Shown here piece by piece: positions 10,011 to 19,495 of a stretch of 64,000 nucleotides of DNA. The position numbers and the translations under genes are program-made. Location: NCBI GenBank assembly GCA_903832855.1, contig CAILDB010000003.1, forward strand, positions 15,398 through 79,397, in the 5' to 3' direction. The first letter of the stretch is position 1. Every line of letters begins with the position of its first letter. The notes under the pieces are model-generated. The model worked only from the letters and a program-made list of their open reading frames with translations. It searched no databases and was not told the origin of the DNA. The stretch comes from an uncultured bacterium (GTDB lineage Bacteria; Patescibacteriota; Minisyncoccia; Phycocordibacterales; GWA1-40-21).

Positions 10011-11300
10011 TTATATAGGTAAATTTGAAGGTGCTTCAAACTTTCTTGATGGAATTCTGGTCAATGTCGGTGTCTGAGAGACAATCTGACTAGGAAAGTG
10101 AAATAAAGTCGCAAGTTCTTCGGTGTTTAATATGAATGATTTTGATGGACCAAGATTCCTGTATGGTATTTGAAAAAATGAACGCAATTTGTAAGCATTG
10201 AACATATCCATTCTTAATTCCTCAGCATCACCCTGATATATGGATTTGAAAGGCCAAGGAAATATTCTTATTAAATCTTTTTGCCAATCATCAGTATCAG
10301 TTACATTTAATGGAACAAAACCATTAAGATTTGCTGAATTAAATGACTTCAAACACGAAATTGCAGAACTAATATAGTTTGGCTGAAAACTTTCCTTTTT
10401 AGCAAAATAAATAGTCCTAATTTTACAATCAAACGGCATTTTGTTTGCACTTCTCTCCACTGCAGCGATGGTCTCTGTCTGTACTTTTGTTGGACTTGGA
10501 ATTTTAGAAAATTTATCATCCTTTTCTATCTTCATAAAGTCAGGAATTGTCTCCATTTTTAATTTTTTGACAACATCCTTTATATCCTTCTTCCAATCTT
10601 TCTTACCCATCCATCTGCCATTTAAAAATCTTTTTTCTTCCTGATGTTTCTGTATGAGGATTTGTATCCAAGAATTTTCACCCTTTTTCATTGAGGCGAG
10701 AAATTCAAACAAAGAATTCAACGGATCTATTTTGTATTCGTCCTTCTGATCTGCATCAAGTCCATAATCAATGTATGTTTTTATTGGATAAGGGTCCGGT
10801 TTAGCCAGCCCATATTGTATCCCAAAATATGAGTATGTATCCGTATTATATTCAAACTTTTCTGTATAGTCTGCGACATCATTTATTTCTATGTTTGGAT
10901 ATTGAGCGTATAATTGTGCTTCAACCAAATTTTTGTATTTCTCCCAGGTCCAAATATAAATATGTATTTCTCCCTGATTTGACACAAACTCAAAAGAAAA
11001 CCATGGCTTAACTTTACCATCAAGAAACGCCTCAGTATAGGCCTTTGGTCCGTTCTGTGCGAGAAAGGAAAAAAATGTTTCCATTGAGACAGGTGACTTA
11101 AATATTTCCTTTGGGAGTTTTATTTCAAGTAAAACTTTTTTCATCTTATTCATAAATTTGAGCTGTGCATGTCGTAACCTCAGCATCAAGTAAACAAGAA
11201 TAAACATAATAGGCAGAGCAACAGGAAGAATAATTATTAAATAGTGAAAGACCACTGGAAACAGTCCTGTAGAAATTGATGATAAAAATTGGTTAAACAT
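10011..11300 (-). CDS. Conserved CPR-type membrane-anchored hypothetical protein
   Basis: N-terminal TM, FSFEFVS, QLYAQYP, PIKTY, EELATLFHFP motifs recalled from Parcubacteria hypotheticals. Confidence 0.7.
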   Translation of the reverse strand: MFNQFLSSISTGLFPVVFHYLIIILPVALPIMFILVYLMLRLRHAQLKFMNKMKKVLLEIKLPKEIFKSPVSMETFFSFLAQNGPKAYTEAFLDGKVKPWFSFEFVSNQGEIHIYIWTWEKYKNLVEAQLYAQYPNIEINDVADYTEKFEYNTDTYSYFGIQYGLAKPDPYPIKTYIDYGLDADQKDEYKIDPLNSLFEFLASMKKGENSWIQILIQKHQEEKRFLNGRWMGKKDWKKDIKDVVKKLKMETIPDFMKIEKDDKFSKIPSPTKVQTETIAAVERSANKMPFDCKIRTIYFAKKESFQPNYISSAISCLKSFNSANLNGFVPLNVTDTDDWQKDLIRIFPWPFKSIYQGDAEELRMDMFNAYKLRSFFQIPYRNLGPSKSFILNTEELATLFHFPSQIVSQTPTLTRIPSRKFEAPSNLPI

Positions 11301-11335
11301 TACTACTATTATAATTCATAATAAAAGAAAAGGCA

Positions 11336-11379
11336 AAATCAAAAAGCCCGCGAATGAGAATTCGCGGGCTTTTTGATTT
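11336..11379. terminator. Intrinsic terminator hairpin
   Basis: AAATCAAAAAGCCCGCGAAT-GAGA-ATTCGCGGGCTTTTTGATTT. Confidence 0.75.
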
Positions 11380-11384
11380 CTGTC

Positions 11385-12422
11385 TTATTTTATAATTTCG
11401 TATTTCCCGTCCTTATTTTTTCTGAAAAACTTTTTGTTTTGTAGGTTTATGATAATCGTATTTTCTTTCACATATCTCTCCTTCAAAACCTTTGTAATTA
11501 CATCCTCTTTTGTCATTGGACCATTCTTTTCTATCAAACCCCTGATGACATCTTTGACCACTCCAGAAGCATAACCCCACTCTTTAAGAGCGTAAAGTCC
11601 TCTTCCGACAAGCACAAATCTAGGATCTTTAATGAGCTCGTTGTGTGTGGTAGCAATGTGCGCTTTTTTATTAAATGTCGCTGTGATTGCTTTTGCAACT
11701 TCTTTGAAGTGAATTGGTGAACCGTGTCTTCTGATGACAAGAAAGGCATAATCCCTCATACCTTTTGTACTGATGTTTGGCGATTCTGTTCTTCCCCATT
11801 CACCGAGAGCATTTTTACCAATTTTTTTGGAAAGAGTAAGCCATCTTTTTGCAATCTCCTGATTTTTGTATTGTTCAGAAACACCTTCAAGATATGTCAA
11901 AAAGTTTTTGATAATATCTTCTTCAGAAAGTAGGTCTTCATATTTCAAACTTTCATAAAGTTTCCTCAAAGCACCGTGGACCTTGTCTGCAAGATCAGCC
12001 TCAATAAACCATCTGTGTTTAAAATCCTCGTCTTCTTTAAATTTATTAAATGGATGTCCGATAACAAGAATAAAGTTCATACAACTCTGTATAGAAGGTT
12101 CAGTAGAAATTGTATCCAATAATTCCTTTTCTGTAACTATTCCACCGAGTTTGTGAATTAATTTTTCTGTCTCTTCAAAAGCCGGCTTTTCTGCACCATA
12201 TTGTTCTGATTTTCTGATAATATCAATAGCGTGATTTTCTATTTGTCTGACTCTTTCTCTGGTAATCCCATATGTTTTACCAATTGCATCAAGAGTCATC
12301 GGCTCAGGATCTTTTCCGAGGCCATATCTTTTTGTAATAATGTCTATAGATCTATCAGATAGAGCTGACAATAATCTCTTCACAACTTGCTTTGGCTTAA
12401 AACTAATTGATGATGTTGACAT
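11385..12422 (-). CDS. Sigma-70 region-4 HTH protein with C-terminal winged-HTH-like domains
   Basis: RYGL...TLDAIGKTYGITRERVRQIE at N-terminus; HNELIKDPRFVLVGRGLYAL; no sigma region 2. Confidence 0.8.
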   Translation of the reverse strand: MSTSSISFKPKQVVKRLLSALSDRSIDIITKRYGLGKDPEPMTLDAIGKTYGITRERVRQIENHAIDIIRKSEQYGAEKPAFEETEKLIHKLGGIVTEKELLDTISTEPSIQSCMNFILVIGHPFNKFKEDEDFKHRWFIEADLADKVHGALRKLYESLKYEDLLSEEDIIKNFLTYLEGVSEQYKNQEIAKRWLTLSKKIGKNALGEWGRTESPNISTKGMRDYAFLVIRRHGSPIHFKEVAKAITATFNKKAHIATTHNELIKDPRFVLVGRGLYALKEWGYASGVVKDVIRGLIEKNGPMTKEDVITKVLKERYVKENTIIINLQNKKFFRKNKDGKYEIIK

Positions 12423-12508
12423 AAAAAAAATTATTATTAATAAAATACAACCAATGTCTTAAATGCAAGGATACCATTTATCAAAAATAAAGTCAACTGC
12501 TTTACAAT

Positions 12509-14920
12509 TTAGATTATAAAGTTGATAATTTTGTTCTTGACAAAGATCGTTTTTTTAATAGGGGTTTCAAGAGTCCACTTGAAAATATCCTTATTTGATA
12601 AGGCTATTTTGGTGATTTCATCTTCATTTAGGTCGCTATTGACATCTATCACTCCACGCACTTTTCCATTTATCTGAATCGGCATTTTAATTTTTCCGGA
12701 AACAATTTTTGAACTTTCCCATTTTGGCCAGTCCGCCAAAGTAATTGATTTTTTGTTACCAAATTTTGCCCAGATTTCTTCACAAATGTGCGGAGTAAAA
12801 GGTGACAATATTTTTATAAAATCTAAATATGTTTCTCTACTTATTTTTTCTTGATTTTCTAAACCATTTGCAAATATCATCATTCCAGATATAGCAGTAT
12901 TGAAGTTCATACTTTCAATATCCTCACCAACTTTTTTAATTGTTTTGTTAATCAGAGTTATTATTTCTTCACTATCAGAAAAATTGTCCGTTACACGATC
13001 CTGTAATTTCCAAACCTTTTCCAAAAATCTTTTTGAACCAACGATATTATCTGAACTCCATGTAATAGACTGGTCAAATGGCCCCATAAACATTTCATAG
13101 GTTCTTAATGAATCTGCTCCAAGATTTTTTACAATTTCATCTGGGTTTATGACATTTCCTCTGGACTTTGACATTTTTTCTCCGTCTTCACCTAAAACAA
13201 ATCCCTGTGAAGTTCTCTTTTGATAAGGTTCGTTTGTCGGTACTAATTTTAGATCAAAAAGAAACTTATGCCAAAATCTGGAATACAAAAGGTGAAGAGT
13301 CGTGTGTTCCATTCCACCGTTGTACCAATCGACAGGTGTCCAGTATTTTAATTTCTCTATATTTGCAAATTCCTTTTTATTTTTTGGATCTGCATATCGA
13401 AGATAATACCAAGAAGAACCCGCCCAGTTTGGCATTGTATCAGTTTCTCTCTTTGCTTTTCCACCACACTTTGGACATTTTGTATTTACCCATTTTGAAA
13501 TTAATGCTAAAGGAGATTCGCCTGTATCGGTTGGTTGGTATTTTTTTACAAGCGGTAGTTTTAAAGGCAAGTCCTTTTCTTTGAGTGCAACTATTCCACA
13601 CTTCTCACAATGAACGACAGGAATCGGTTCGCCCCAATAATGTTGTCTGGAAAAAATCCAATCACGAAGCTTATAGGTTGTTGTCATTTTTCCACCTGCA
13701 AACTTTGTAATTTCAGACATTATTTCTTCGTTGTTTCGGCCGTTGAATTTTCCAGAATTGATCATTACACCACTTTCAATGTATGCTTGCTCTGCCGACT
13801 TGGAGGCTTCGCCTCCAAGTGAGATAACCTCCTTAATTGGCAAATTGTATTTTTTTGCAAAAGCAAAATCGCGGTCGTCGTGAGCTGGAACAGCCATCAC
13901 GGCACCAGTTCCATATCCGCCTAGGACATAGTCGGCAACAAAAACGGGAAACTCCTCGCCGTTCACAGGATTTATAATTTTGATTCCTTTCAGTTCAATT
14001 CCCGTCTTGTCCTTTCCATCTGCCGTCCTTTCCATCTCAGGTCTACCTTTTACTTCTTTTATATACTTATCTACTTCTTGCCAATTTTTAACCTGTGAAC
14101 TTAATTGTTGAACGAGCTCGTTCTCTGGTGCAAGTACAACATATGTAACACCAAACAAAGTATCTGGTCTTGTTGTAAATACCTTTATTTTTTTATCGCT
14201 ATTTTTTATTTTAAATTCTATTTCTGCACCTTCACTTTTTCCTATCCAATTTCTTTGCTGAATTTTAATTTTTTCCAAATAATTTACATCATCAAGGTCC
14301 TTTTCCAATCTATCTGCGTATTTGGTAATCGCAAGCATCCATTGTTCTTTCTCCTTCTTTTCAACGACTGTGCCACATCTCTCACAACAACCATTGATTA
14401 CCTCTTCATTAGCCAAACCAGTTTTGTCTTTCGGGCACCAGTTTATTAGCATCTTTTTTTTGTATGCCAATCCGTTTTCATATAGCTTCAAAAATATCCA
14501 CTGTGTCCATTTGTAATAATTTGGATCACTGGTATTTATTTCGCGTAACCAATCAAAAGAAAAACCAATTGATTTGAGTTGTCTTCTAAAAGTATTCGTA
14601 TTATTTTTTGTAACTACAGTAGGATGTATCCCGGTCTTAATAGCATAGTTTTCTGTCGGCAATCCAAATGCGTCCCATCCAATCGGATACAAAACATTGT
14701 ATCCCTCCATTCTTTTTTTCCTGCAAATCACATCCATTGCGGTGTCGGTTCGAACATGCCCCATATGAATACCATCACCAGATGGATAAGGAAATTCTAT
14801 AAGACCATAGAACTTTTTCTTTTTTGAATCTTCTTTTACAGAAAAGGTTTTTTCTTTATCCCAAATTTTCTGCCACTTCTTCTCAATTTTCTTGTGATCG
14901 TAATTTTGCGTCTTTTTCAT
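12509..14920 (-). CDS. leuS: Leucine--tRNA ligase
   Basis: FPYPSG, HMGH, GWDAFGLPTEN, KMSKS. Confidence 0.98.
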   Translation of the reverse strand: MKKTQNYDHKKIEKKWQKIWDKEKTFSVKEDSKKKKFYGLIEFPYPSGDGIHMGHVRTDTAMDVICRKKRMEGYNVLYPIGWDAFGLPTENYAIKTGIHPTVVTKNNTNTFRRQLKSIGFSFDWLREINTSDPNYYKWTQWIFLKLYENGLAYKKKMLINWCPKDKTGLANEEVINGCCERCGTVVEKKEKEQWMLAITKYADRLEKDLDDVNYLEKIKIQQRNWIGKSEGAEIEFKIKNSDKKIKVFTTRPDTLFGVTYVVLAPENELVQQLSSQVKNWQEVDKYIKEVKGRPEMERTADGKDKTGIELKGIKIINPVNGEEFPVFVADYVLGGYGTGAVMAVPAHDDRDFAFAKKYNLPIKEVISLGGEASKSAEQAYIESGVMINSGKFNGRNNEEIMSEITKFAGGKMTTTYKLRDWIFSRQHYWGEPIPVVHCEKCGIVALKEKDLPLKLPLVKKYQPTDTGESPLALISKWVNTKCPKCGGKAKRETDTMPNWAGSSWYYLRYADPKNKKEFANIEKLKYWTPVDWYNGGMEHTTLHLLYSRFWHKFLFDLKLVPTNEPYQKRTSQGFVLGEDGEKMSKSRGNVINPDEIVKNLGADSLRTYEMFMGPFDQSITWSSDNIVGSKRFLEKVWKLQDRVTDNFSDSEEIITLINKTIKKVGEDIESMNFNTAISGMMIFANGLENQEKISRETYLDFIKILSPFTPHICEEIWAKFGNKKSITLADWPKWESSKIVSGKIKMPIQINGKVRGVIDVNSDLNEDEITKIALSNKDIFKWTLETPIKKTIFVKNKIINFII

Positions 14921-14996
14921 ATTTTCTTATAATACAACAAAATAAGAAAAGAAAAAAGCCCCAATTTTTTTAACCGTTAAAAAATTGGGGCTTTTC

Positions 14997-16055
14997 CTAT
15001 TCTTCCATCTCCGGCTTCACCACTTCCAATAATTCCAGTCCAGATTCCTTGCCGGTAATTCTCACAACATCCTTATCTATTTTTTTGAATTCTTTGTTTG
15101 AAGCATTGAAATGATTCACTGTTGTTGCGAGAGAGCTTCCGAGCTTTCCCTGGTATTCTTCATAGCTTCGCAAATGCTTTTGCAAACTTTCCACATTTTT
15201 CCTGATTTCAAGCGCCGATTCTTCTATCTGAAGTGCTTTGAGCCCCTGCAAAACTGTCTGCAAGTATGCAAGGAAAGATGTAGGCGAGACAATGATGACA
15301 TGCTTTTCTTTGAATGCGTACTCTATCAAATCACGAGTATTTATTTTCATTGCACCAACTTGGGAAATGAGAAGATCGTAATAAATCGCTTCGTGCGGAA
15401 TAAACATAAATGCAAAATCCATAGTTCCCTCTTTTGGCTTCACATATTTTGCCGTTTCGTCTATTCTTCTTTTTAAATCATCTCTAAATAATTTCTCCAA
15501 CTTTTCTCTTTCGGCTGGATTTTTTTCTTCAACAAGACGATTGTAATTTTCCAGAGAAAACTTTGAGTCAATGGGAATTATTTTTTCTTTTACAAATACC
15601 ACCGCGTCCACTATCGTGCCATCTGTGAAAGCGTATTGCATTTGATAACTTCCGGTAGGCAAAACATTTTTCAAAAGTGTCTCAAGAAAATATTCGCCAA
15701 GAATTCCCCTTTGTTTTGGATTTTTCAAAACATCTTGAAGTGATTGAAGTTGGTCGGCAAAAGAAACAACCTGCTTGTTAGTCTCATCAAGTCTCGTGAG
15801 CTTTTCTGTAATATCTCGAATTATTTTAAATGACTCACTGGATTGATGTTTGAGTGATTCATTCATTTCTTTTGAGGTATCACCCATTTTCTTATCCACA
15901 GTTCTAGTGAGTTCGTTCATTTGCTCTAAAAGAAGTTTGAGTCCAATCCCTTCGCCGTCAGATGAGCCGGCTTTCCTTTTCAAAAGCATATAAATAACAC
16001 CGAAAAGTAAGATAGCAATAATTGCGAGAAAAATGTAAATCACAACTTGGTTCAT
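14997..16055 (-). CDS. rmuC: DNA recombination protein RmuC
   Basis: RGILGE, PIDSKFSL, FAFMFIPHE, IVSPTSF; ATG 16055 follows TGcTATAAT. Confidence 0.93.
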   Translation of the reverse strand: MNQVVIYIFLAIIAILLFGVIYMLLKRKAGSSDGEGIGLKLLLEQMNELTRTVDKKMGDTSKEMNESLKHQSSESFKIIRDITEKLTRLDETNKQVVSFADQLQSLQDVLKNPKQRGILGEYFLETLLKNVLPTGSYQMQYAFTDGTIVDAVVFVKEKIIPIDSKFSLENYNRLVEEKNPAEREKLEKLFRDDLKRRIDETAKYVKPKEGTMDFAFMFIPHEAIYYDLLISQVGAMKINTRDLIEYAFKEKHVIIVSPTSFLAYLQTVLQGLKALQIEESALEIRKNVESLQKHLRSYEEYQGKLGSSLATTVNHFNASNKEFKKIDKDVVRITGKESGLELLEVVKPEMEE

Positions 16056-16115
16056 AAAAGTATTATAGCACCATGGCAAGACAAAACAAAACGAATATGA
16101 TAATATGTTGTCATT

Positions 16116-16565
16116 ATGATACACACAGAAATAAAACAAAAAGTGAAGGAAGCAATGCTCGCCAAAGATCAAGTCAGACTTTTGGTTTTGAGAAATATGC
16201 TTTCAGCGTTTACAAATGAGCTTGTTGCAAAGAAGAGAAAGCCAGATGAAATGCTAAGTGATGAAGATGCAATAGCAGTAATTAGCAGACTTACAAAGCA
16301 GAGAAAAGATTCCATTGATCAATTTACAAAAGGTGGAAGAATGGATCTTGTTGAAAATGAACAAGCTGAATTAAAAATTCTTGGAACATTCCTACCGCAA
16401 ATGATGAGCAAAGATGAAATCAAAATTGTCGCAGAAAAGAAAAAAGCCGAGCTTGGAATTACAGATAAAACAAAATCGGGAATGCTAATGGCGGGAATTA
16501 TGAAAGAACTCAAGGGAAAGGCGGACGGAAGTGATGTGAAAGAAGTTGTGGAGGGGTTGTTTTAA
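16116..16565 (+). CDS. GatB/YqeY domain protein
   Basis: KEAMLAKD, KQRKDSIDQFTKGGRMDL, FLPQMMS, KGKADG. Confidence 0.93.
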   Translation: MIHTEIKQKVKEAMLAKDQVRLLVLRNMLSAFTNELVAKKRKPDEMLSDEDAIAVISRLTKQRKDSIDQFTKGGRMDLVENEQAELKILGTFLPQMMSKDEIKIVAEKKKAELGITDKTKSGMLMAGIMKELKGKADGSDVKEVVEGLF

Positions 16566-16641
16566 AGAAAGTCAAAAAAGATAGGATCATGGCCCCCGAA
16601 TGCAGCATTCGGGGGCCATTTTCTTTCCCCCAATTTCGTGC

Positions 16642-16671
16642 TTGACAAGGCAATGCCATCTGCGGTATAAT
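16642..16671 (+). promoter_or_regulatory. Consensus sigma70 promoter
   Basis: TTGACA-18 nt-TATAAT upstream of 16719 ORF. Confidence 0.8.
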
Positions 16672-16718
16672 GCTGTCTGGGTTGTTCAACATAAACAGTT
16701 AAGTCAGGAGGTATCTAA

Positions 16719-16958
16719 ATGAGGAGAGTGTCAGACGAAACCTTGACCGCAGAAGTGAAAACTCTGTTCAAGGAAGGCAGGTCGGTGAATTGGGCGACGA
16801 AGGTGGCCTTTCATCGGCACGGGATATTCGACCGTCCGAGATTTGGAAGAATTTGTCAGGCGGTCGAAAAAGCGTTGGGGATAAGTCCCCCAGCATCACT
16901 GAAAGTCGAGCAGACCGCGCATGCCCCGTATTATTACGAAACTGGGCAATACGCCTGA
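16719..16958 (+). CDS. Small hypothetical protein (stand-alone cassette)
   Basis: Consensus promoter, AGGAGG SD, terminator GCCGAGTGC..GCGCTCGGC-T run. Confidence 0.7.
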   Translation: MRRVSDETLTAEVKTLFKEGRSVNWATKVAFHRHGIFDRPRFGRICQAVEKALGISPPASLKVEQTAHAPYYYETGQYA

Positions 16959-17123
16959 GAAGTTGACCTTCTCTAACGCCGAGTGCACCCGCGCTCGGCT
17001 TTTTTATTGCCGAAAATGATAAAAAATGTTATATTCTTTTAGCGAATGAGATGTTATGGCTAAAACAATTTTTATCTGATAAAAATTGTTCGCCCGAACA
17101 TTTTTGAAGCAAAAATGTTTTAG

Positions 17124-17195
17124 GGCTCTATCGTCTAACGGTTAGGACATAGCCTTCTCAAGGCTAGAATCGCGGTTCGATTCCGCGTAGAGTCA
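17124..17195 (+). tRNA. tRNA-Glu(CTC)
   Basis: Acceptor GGCTCTA/TAGAGTC, anticodon arm TAGCC-TT-CTC-AA-GGCTA, T-loop TTCGATT; CCA not encoded. Confidence 0.95.
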
Positions 17196-17362
17196 CAAAA
17201 ATTTGCGGAGCATAATTTTTGTGATTTTTAAACGCAAAAGTTTTTGCGTTTAAAAAGAATCGAAAGACGGAGGCCGACGGGCCGAGTCGGGGTCGCAAGA
17301 TTTTTCAGCAGAAAAATACTTGTGACCGAAAGCGTACTCGCGTTTCCGCGTAGAGTCACAAA
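17196..17362 (+). mobile_element. tRNA-linked mini-element with duplicated tRNA 3' end
   Basis: TTCCGCGTAGAGTCACAAA at 17181-17199 repeated at 17344-17362; internal core shared with 51130-51203. Confidence 0.7.
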
Positions 17363-17467
17363 TTTAGTAACTCGTGACTACATAAATAGTTTCCATAATT
17401 TCTATTGCATTTTTTATATAAAAGAATAGTATTGAATTTAGAAGATCTTAAACACAGGAAGGATAAT

Positions 17468-17617
17468 ATGAAAAAGGTGAAGATTGTTTATCGTCTGAAG
17501 AGGTGGATAAGTGAGCCGTCAATTACTTCTTTTGGCTCAAACCAGTATTATCCAAGATGGGAGTCCGTCTTGAAAGATTTAGGATGCCTATTCACACTGG
17601 GTTTATACAAACCGTAA
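17468..17617 (+). CDS. Small hypothetical protein (49 aa)
   Basis: AAGGA SD-like before ATG 17468; short ORF only. Confidence 0.4.
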   Translation: MKKVKIVYRLKRWISEPSITSFGSNQYYPRWESVLKDLGCLFTLGLYKP

Positions 17618-17661
17618 CCGCTCTCACAGAGCGAAGAAACCCGACAAGAAAGGAAACCGTA

Positions 17662-17817
17662 ATGACAAAGCGTGATTACGCACGAAAGGCCGAACTTCTT
17701 GCCGAACTTGCTAGTCTTGAGATTAGGGATAGCGACGAGGGTAACTTCAACATAGCTGATGAGTATCTTGACAGAGCTAAGTCAGCTATCAAAAAAATGC
17801 GGGAAACGCACGAGTGA
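17662..17817 (+). CDS. Small helical hypothetical protein (51 aa)
   Basis: AAAGGA SD before ATG 17662; terminator GAGCACATCA..TGGTGTGCTC-T run follows. Confidence 0.55.
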   Translation: MTKRDYARKAELLAELASLEIRDSDEGNFNIADEYLDRAKSAIKKMRETHE

Positions 17818-17904
17818 GTATGAAAGTGAGTGCGAGCACATCAGCAATGGTGTGCTCTTTTTTTATCTACTCTTTCCGCAAAAATTTTTGCCAGAACAAA
17901 AACT

Positions 17905-19206
17905 TTACCGGGCAAGCCACTCTTCTTCCTGCCTCACTAGGAGTTCCTCTGCTTTTTCCGGCTCAGCCATTATTTCTAAAACAAATTTTTCCATTCTCAT
18001 TGATTGGGAACCTTTTACCAAAATTAAATCGCCTTCTTTTATTTCATTTTGAAATTCTTTTCCTGCAGTCACGGAGTCATCATATTGGAAAATCTTTCCT
18101 TCATCAAGATTGGCATCAAGTGCACCTTCGGCCAATTTCTTTGACCTCATTCCCACGGTCAAAATCAAATCGCAAAATTCTCCGGCAATTTTTCCGGCAT
18201 TGTAATGTTCCTCAGAAGAAAGCTTCCCAAGTTCCATCATATCTCCAAGAACGGCTATTTTCCTACCTTTTGTTTTAATATCATTGAGAGTTTGCAATGC
18301 AGATGCAACGGCAAGTGGCGAAGAATTGTAAGTATCATCAATAATAGTTGAGCCCTTAATTCCTTTTATCAATTTCATTCTGCCTTTTGGCGTGTCATGC
18401 TCGGCAAACATTTCATTTATTTTTACAGGATTTATTTTATTTACAAAGCCGACAGCGACAGACGCGAGGATAGAATAAATATTTGGAATTCCAACAGAAC
18501 CACGAACAAACATTGGCAAACTATTTCCCTCATAATTTATTCTAAATGAAATACCCATAACTTTTTTATTACTCTCTCCATCCTCATACAAATAATCCAA
18601 ATTTTCTGCCTTTACATTTGCTGGATTATCAAAACCATATTTAATAATTTGACCAGAAAAATCTTTGCTCATCTCTACCGAGTCCTCATCATCGGCATTT
18701 ATTACCAGCGTTCCACCAGTTTTCAGCGCCCGAACAAGATACCATTTTTCATTTATCAAATCGTCTCTAGACTCAAAAAACTCAATATGCACCGGCACTT
18801 TTGCAAATTTTGTAATAACAACAATGTCCGGCTTAAGCCACTTAGTTATTTTTCTAATGTCCCCCGGCCTATCCGCACCCACTTCAAGCACAAGCCACTC
18901 TGGATATTTTTCTTTGAAAATAATAGACGAAAGTCCAACCAAGATATTTTTAATCCACATCAGAGGATTACTCCAAGCATTCTGACATCCGAGAATTGTC
19001 AGTGGAATTCCAATATCGCTATTAAAACTTTTTTCACTTTTTCGGACAAAAAAAGAGCCGGACATTGCAGTGTAAATAGCATCTTTGGTAGATGTCTTAC
19101 CCACACTTCCAGTCACAGCAACAATCTTTGGCTTGTATTTCCTCAAAACCATTCTTGCCTCAAGCTCCATCGTTTTTGAAATTATCTTCTTAAAAATGTC
19201 TTTCAT
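17905..19206 (-). CDS. murF: UDP-MurNAc-tripeptide--D-Ala-D-Ala ligase
   Basis: TGSVGKTSTK, SFNSDIGIPLT, IDDTYNSSP, LGDMMELG, LVKGS. Confidence 0.95.
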   Translation of the reverse strand: MKDIFKKIISKTMELEARMVLRKYKPKIVAVTGSVGKTSTKDAIYTAMSGSFFVRKSEKSFNSDIGIPLTILGCQNAWSNPLMWIKNILVGLSSIIFKEKYPEWLVLEVGADRPGDIRKITKWLKPDIVVITKFAKVPVHIEFFESRDDLINEKWYLVRALKTGGTLVINADDEDSVEMSKDFSGQIIKYGFDNPANVKAENLDYLYEDGESNKKVMGISFRINYEGNSLPMFVRGSVGIPNIYSILASVAVGFVNKINPVKINEMFAEHDTPKGRMKLIKGIKGSTIIDDTYNSSPLAVASALQTLNDIKTKGRKIAVLGDMMELGKLSSEEHYNAGKIAGEFCDLILTVGMRSKKLAEGALDANLDEGKIFQYDDSVTAGKEFQNEIKEGDLILVKGSQSMRMEKFVLEIMAEPEKAEELLVRQEEEWLAR

Positions 19207-19223
19207 AACCTAATATTACCACA

Positions 19224-19493
19224 AAAAATCTCGCAAGAAAAATTTGAAAATTTTGCTAGGGGTGGCGATCCTGTTCCTTTTGAAATACATTGCGCAGGCC
19301 GACTGGGCCGAGCATAACAAATTTTCAGCAGAATATTACTTCGACGAGCGAGGAGCAAGGTGGAAAATCTTATTTTACATCTTGTCCGAGCGAAGTCGAA
19401 GCAAGAAGATTCTTATCTTCTTATGTGCGTATTTCAAAAGGAATAGGTCGACAGGACCCCGTGAAATTTTCTAATTTTTCTTGCGAGATTTTT
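19224..19493 (+). repeat. Nested palindromic repeat copy B containing the 7079 module
   Basis: Outer IR AAAAATCTCGCAAGAAAAATT; GGGGTGGCGATCCTGTTCCTTTTGAA...TTCAAAAGGAATAGGTCGACAGGACCCC arms shared with copies C and D. Confidence 0.85.
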
Positions 19494-19495
19494 AC

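Noticed and set aside
17196-17900. Prophage or integrative island at tRNA-Glu (and tRNA-Trp)
   Set aside because: att-like duplications enclose under 170 bp and there is no integrase or phage gene
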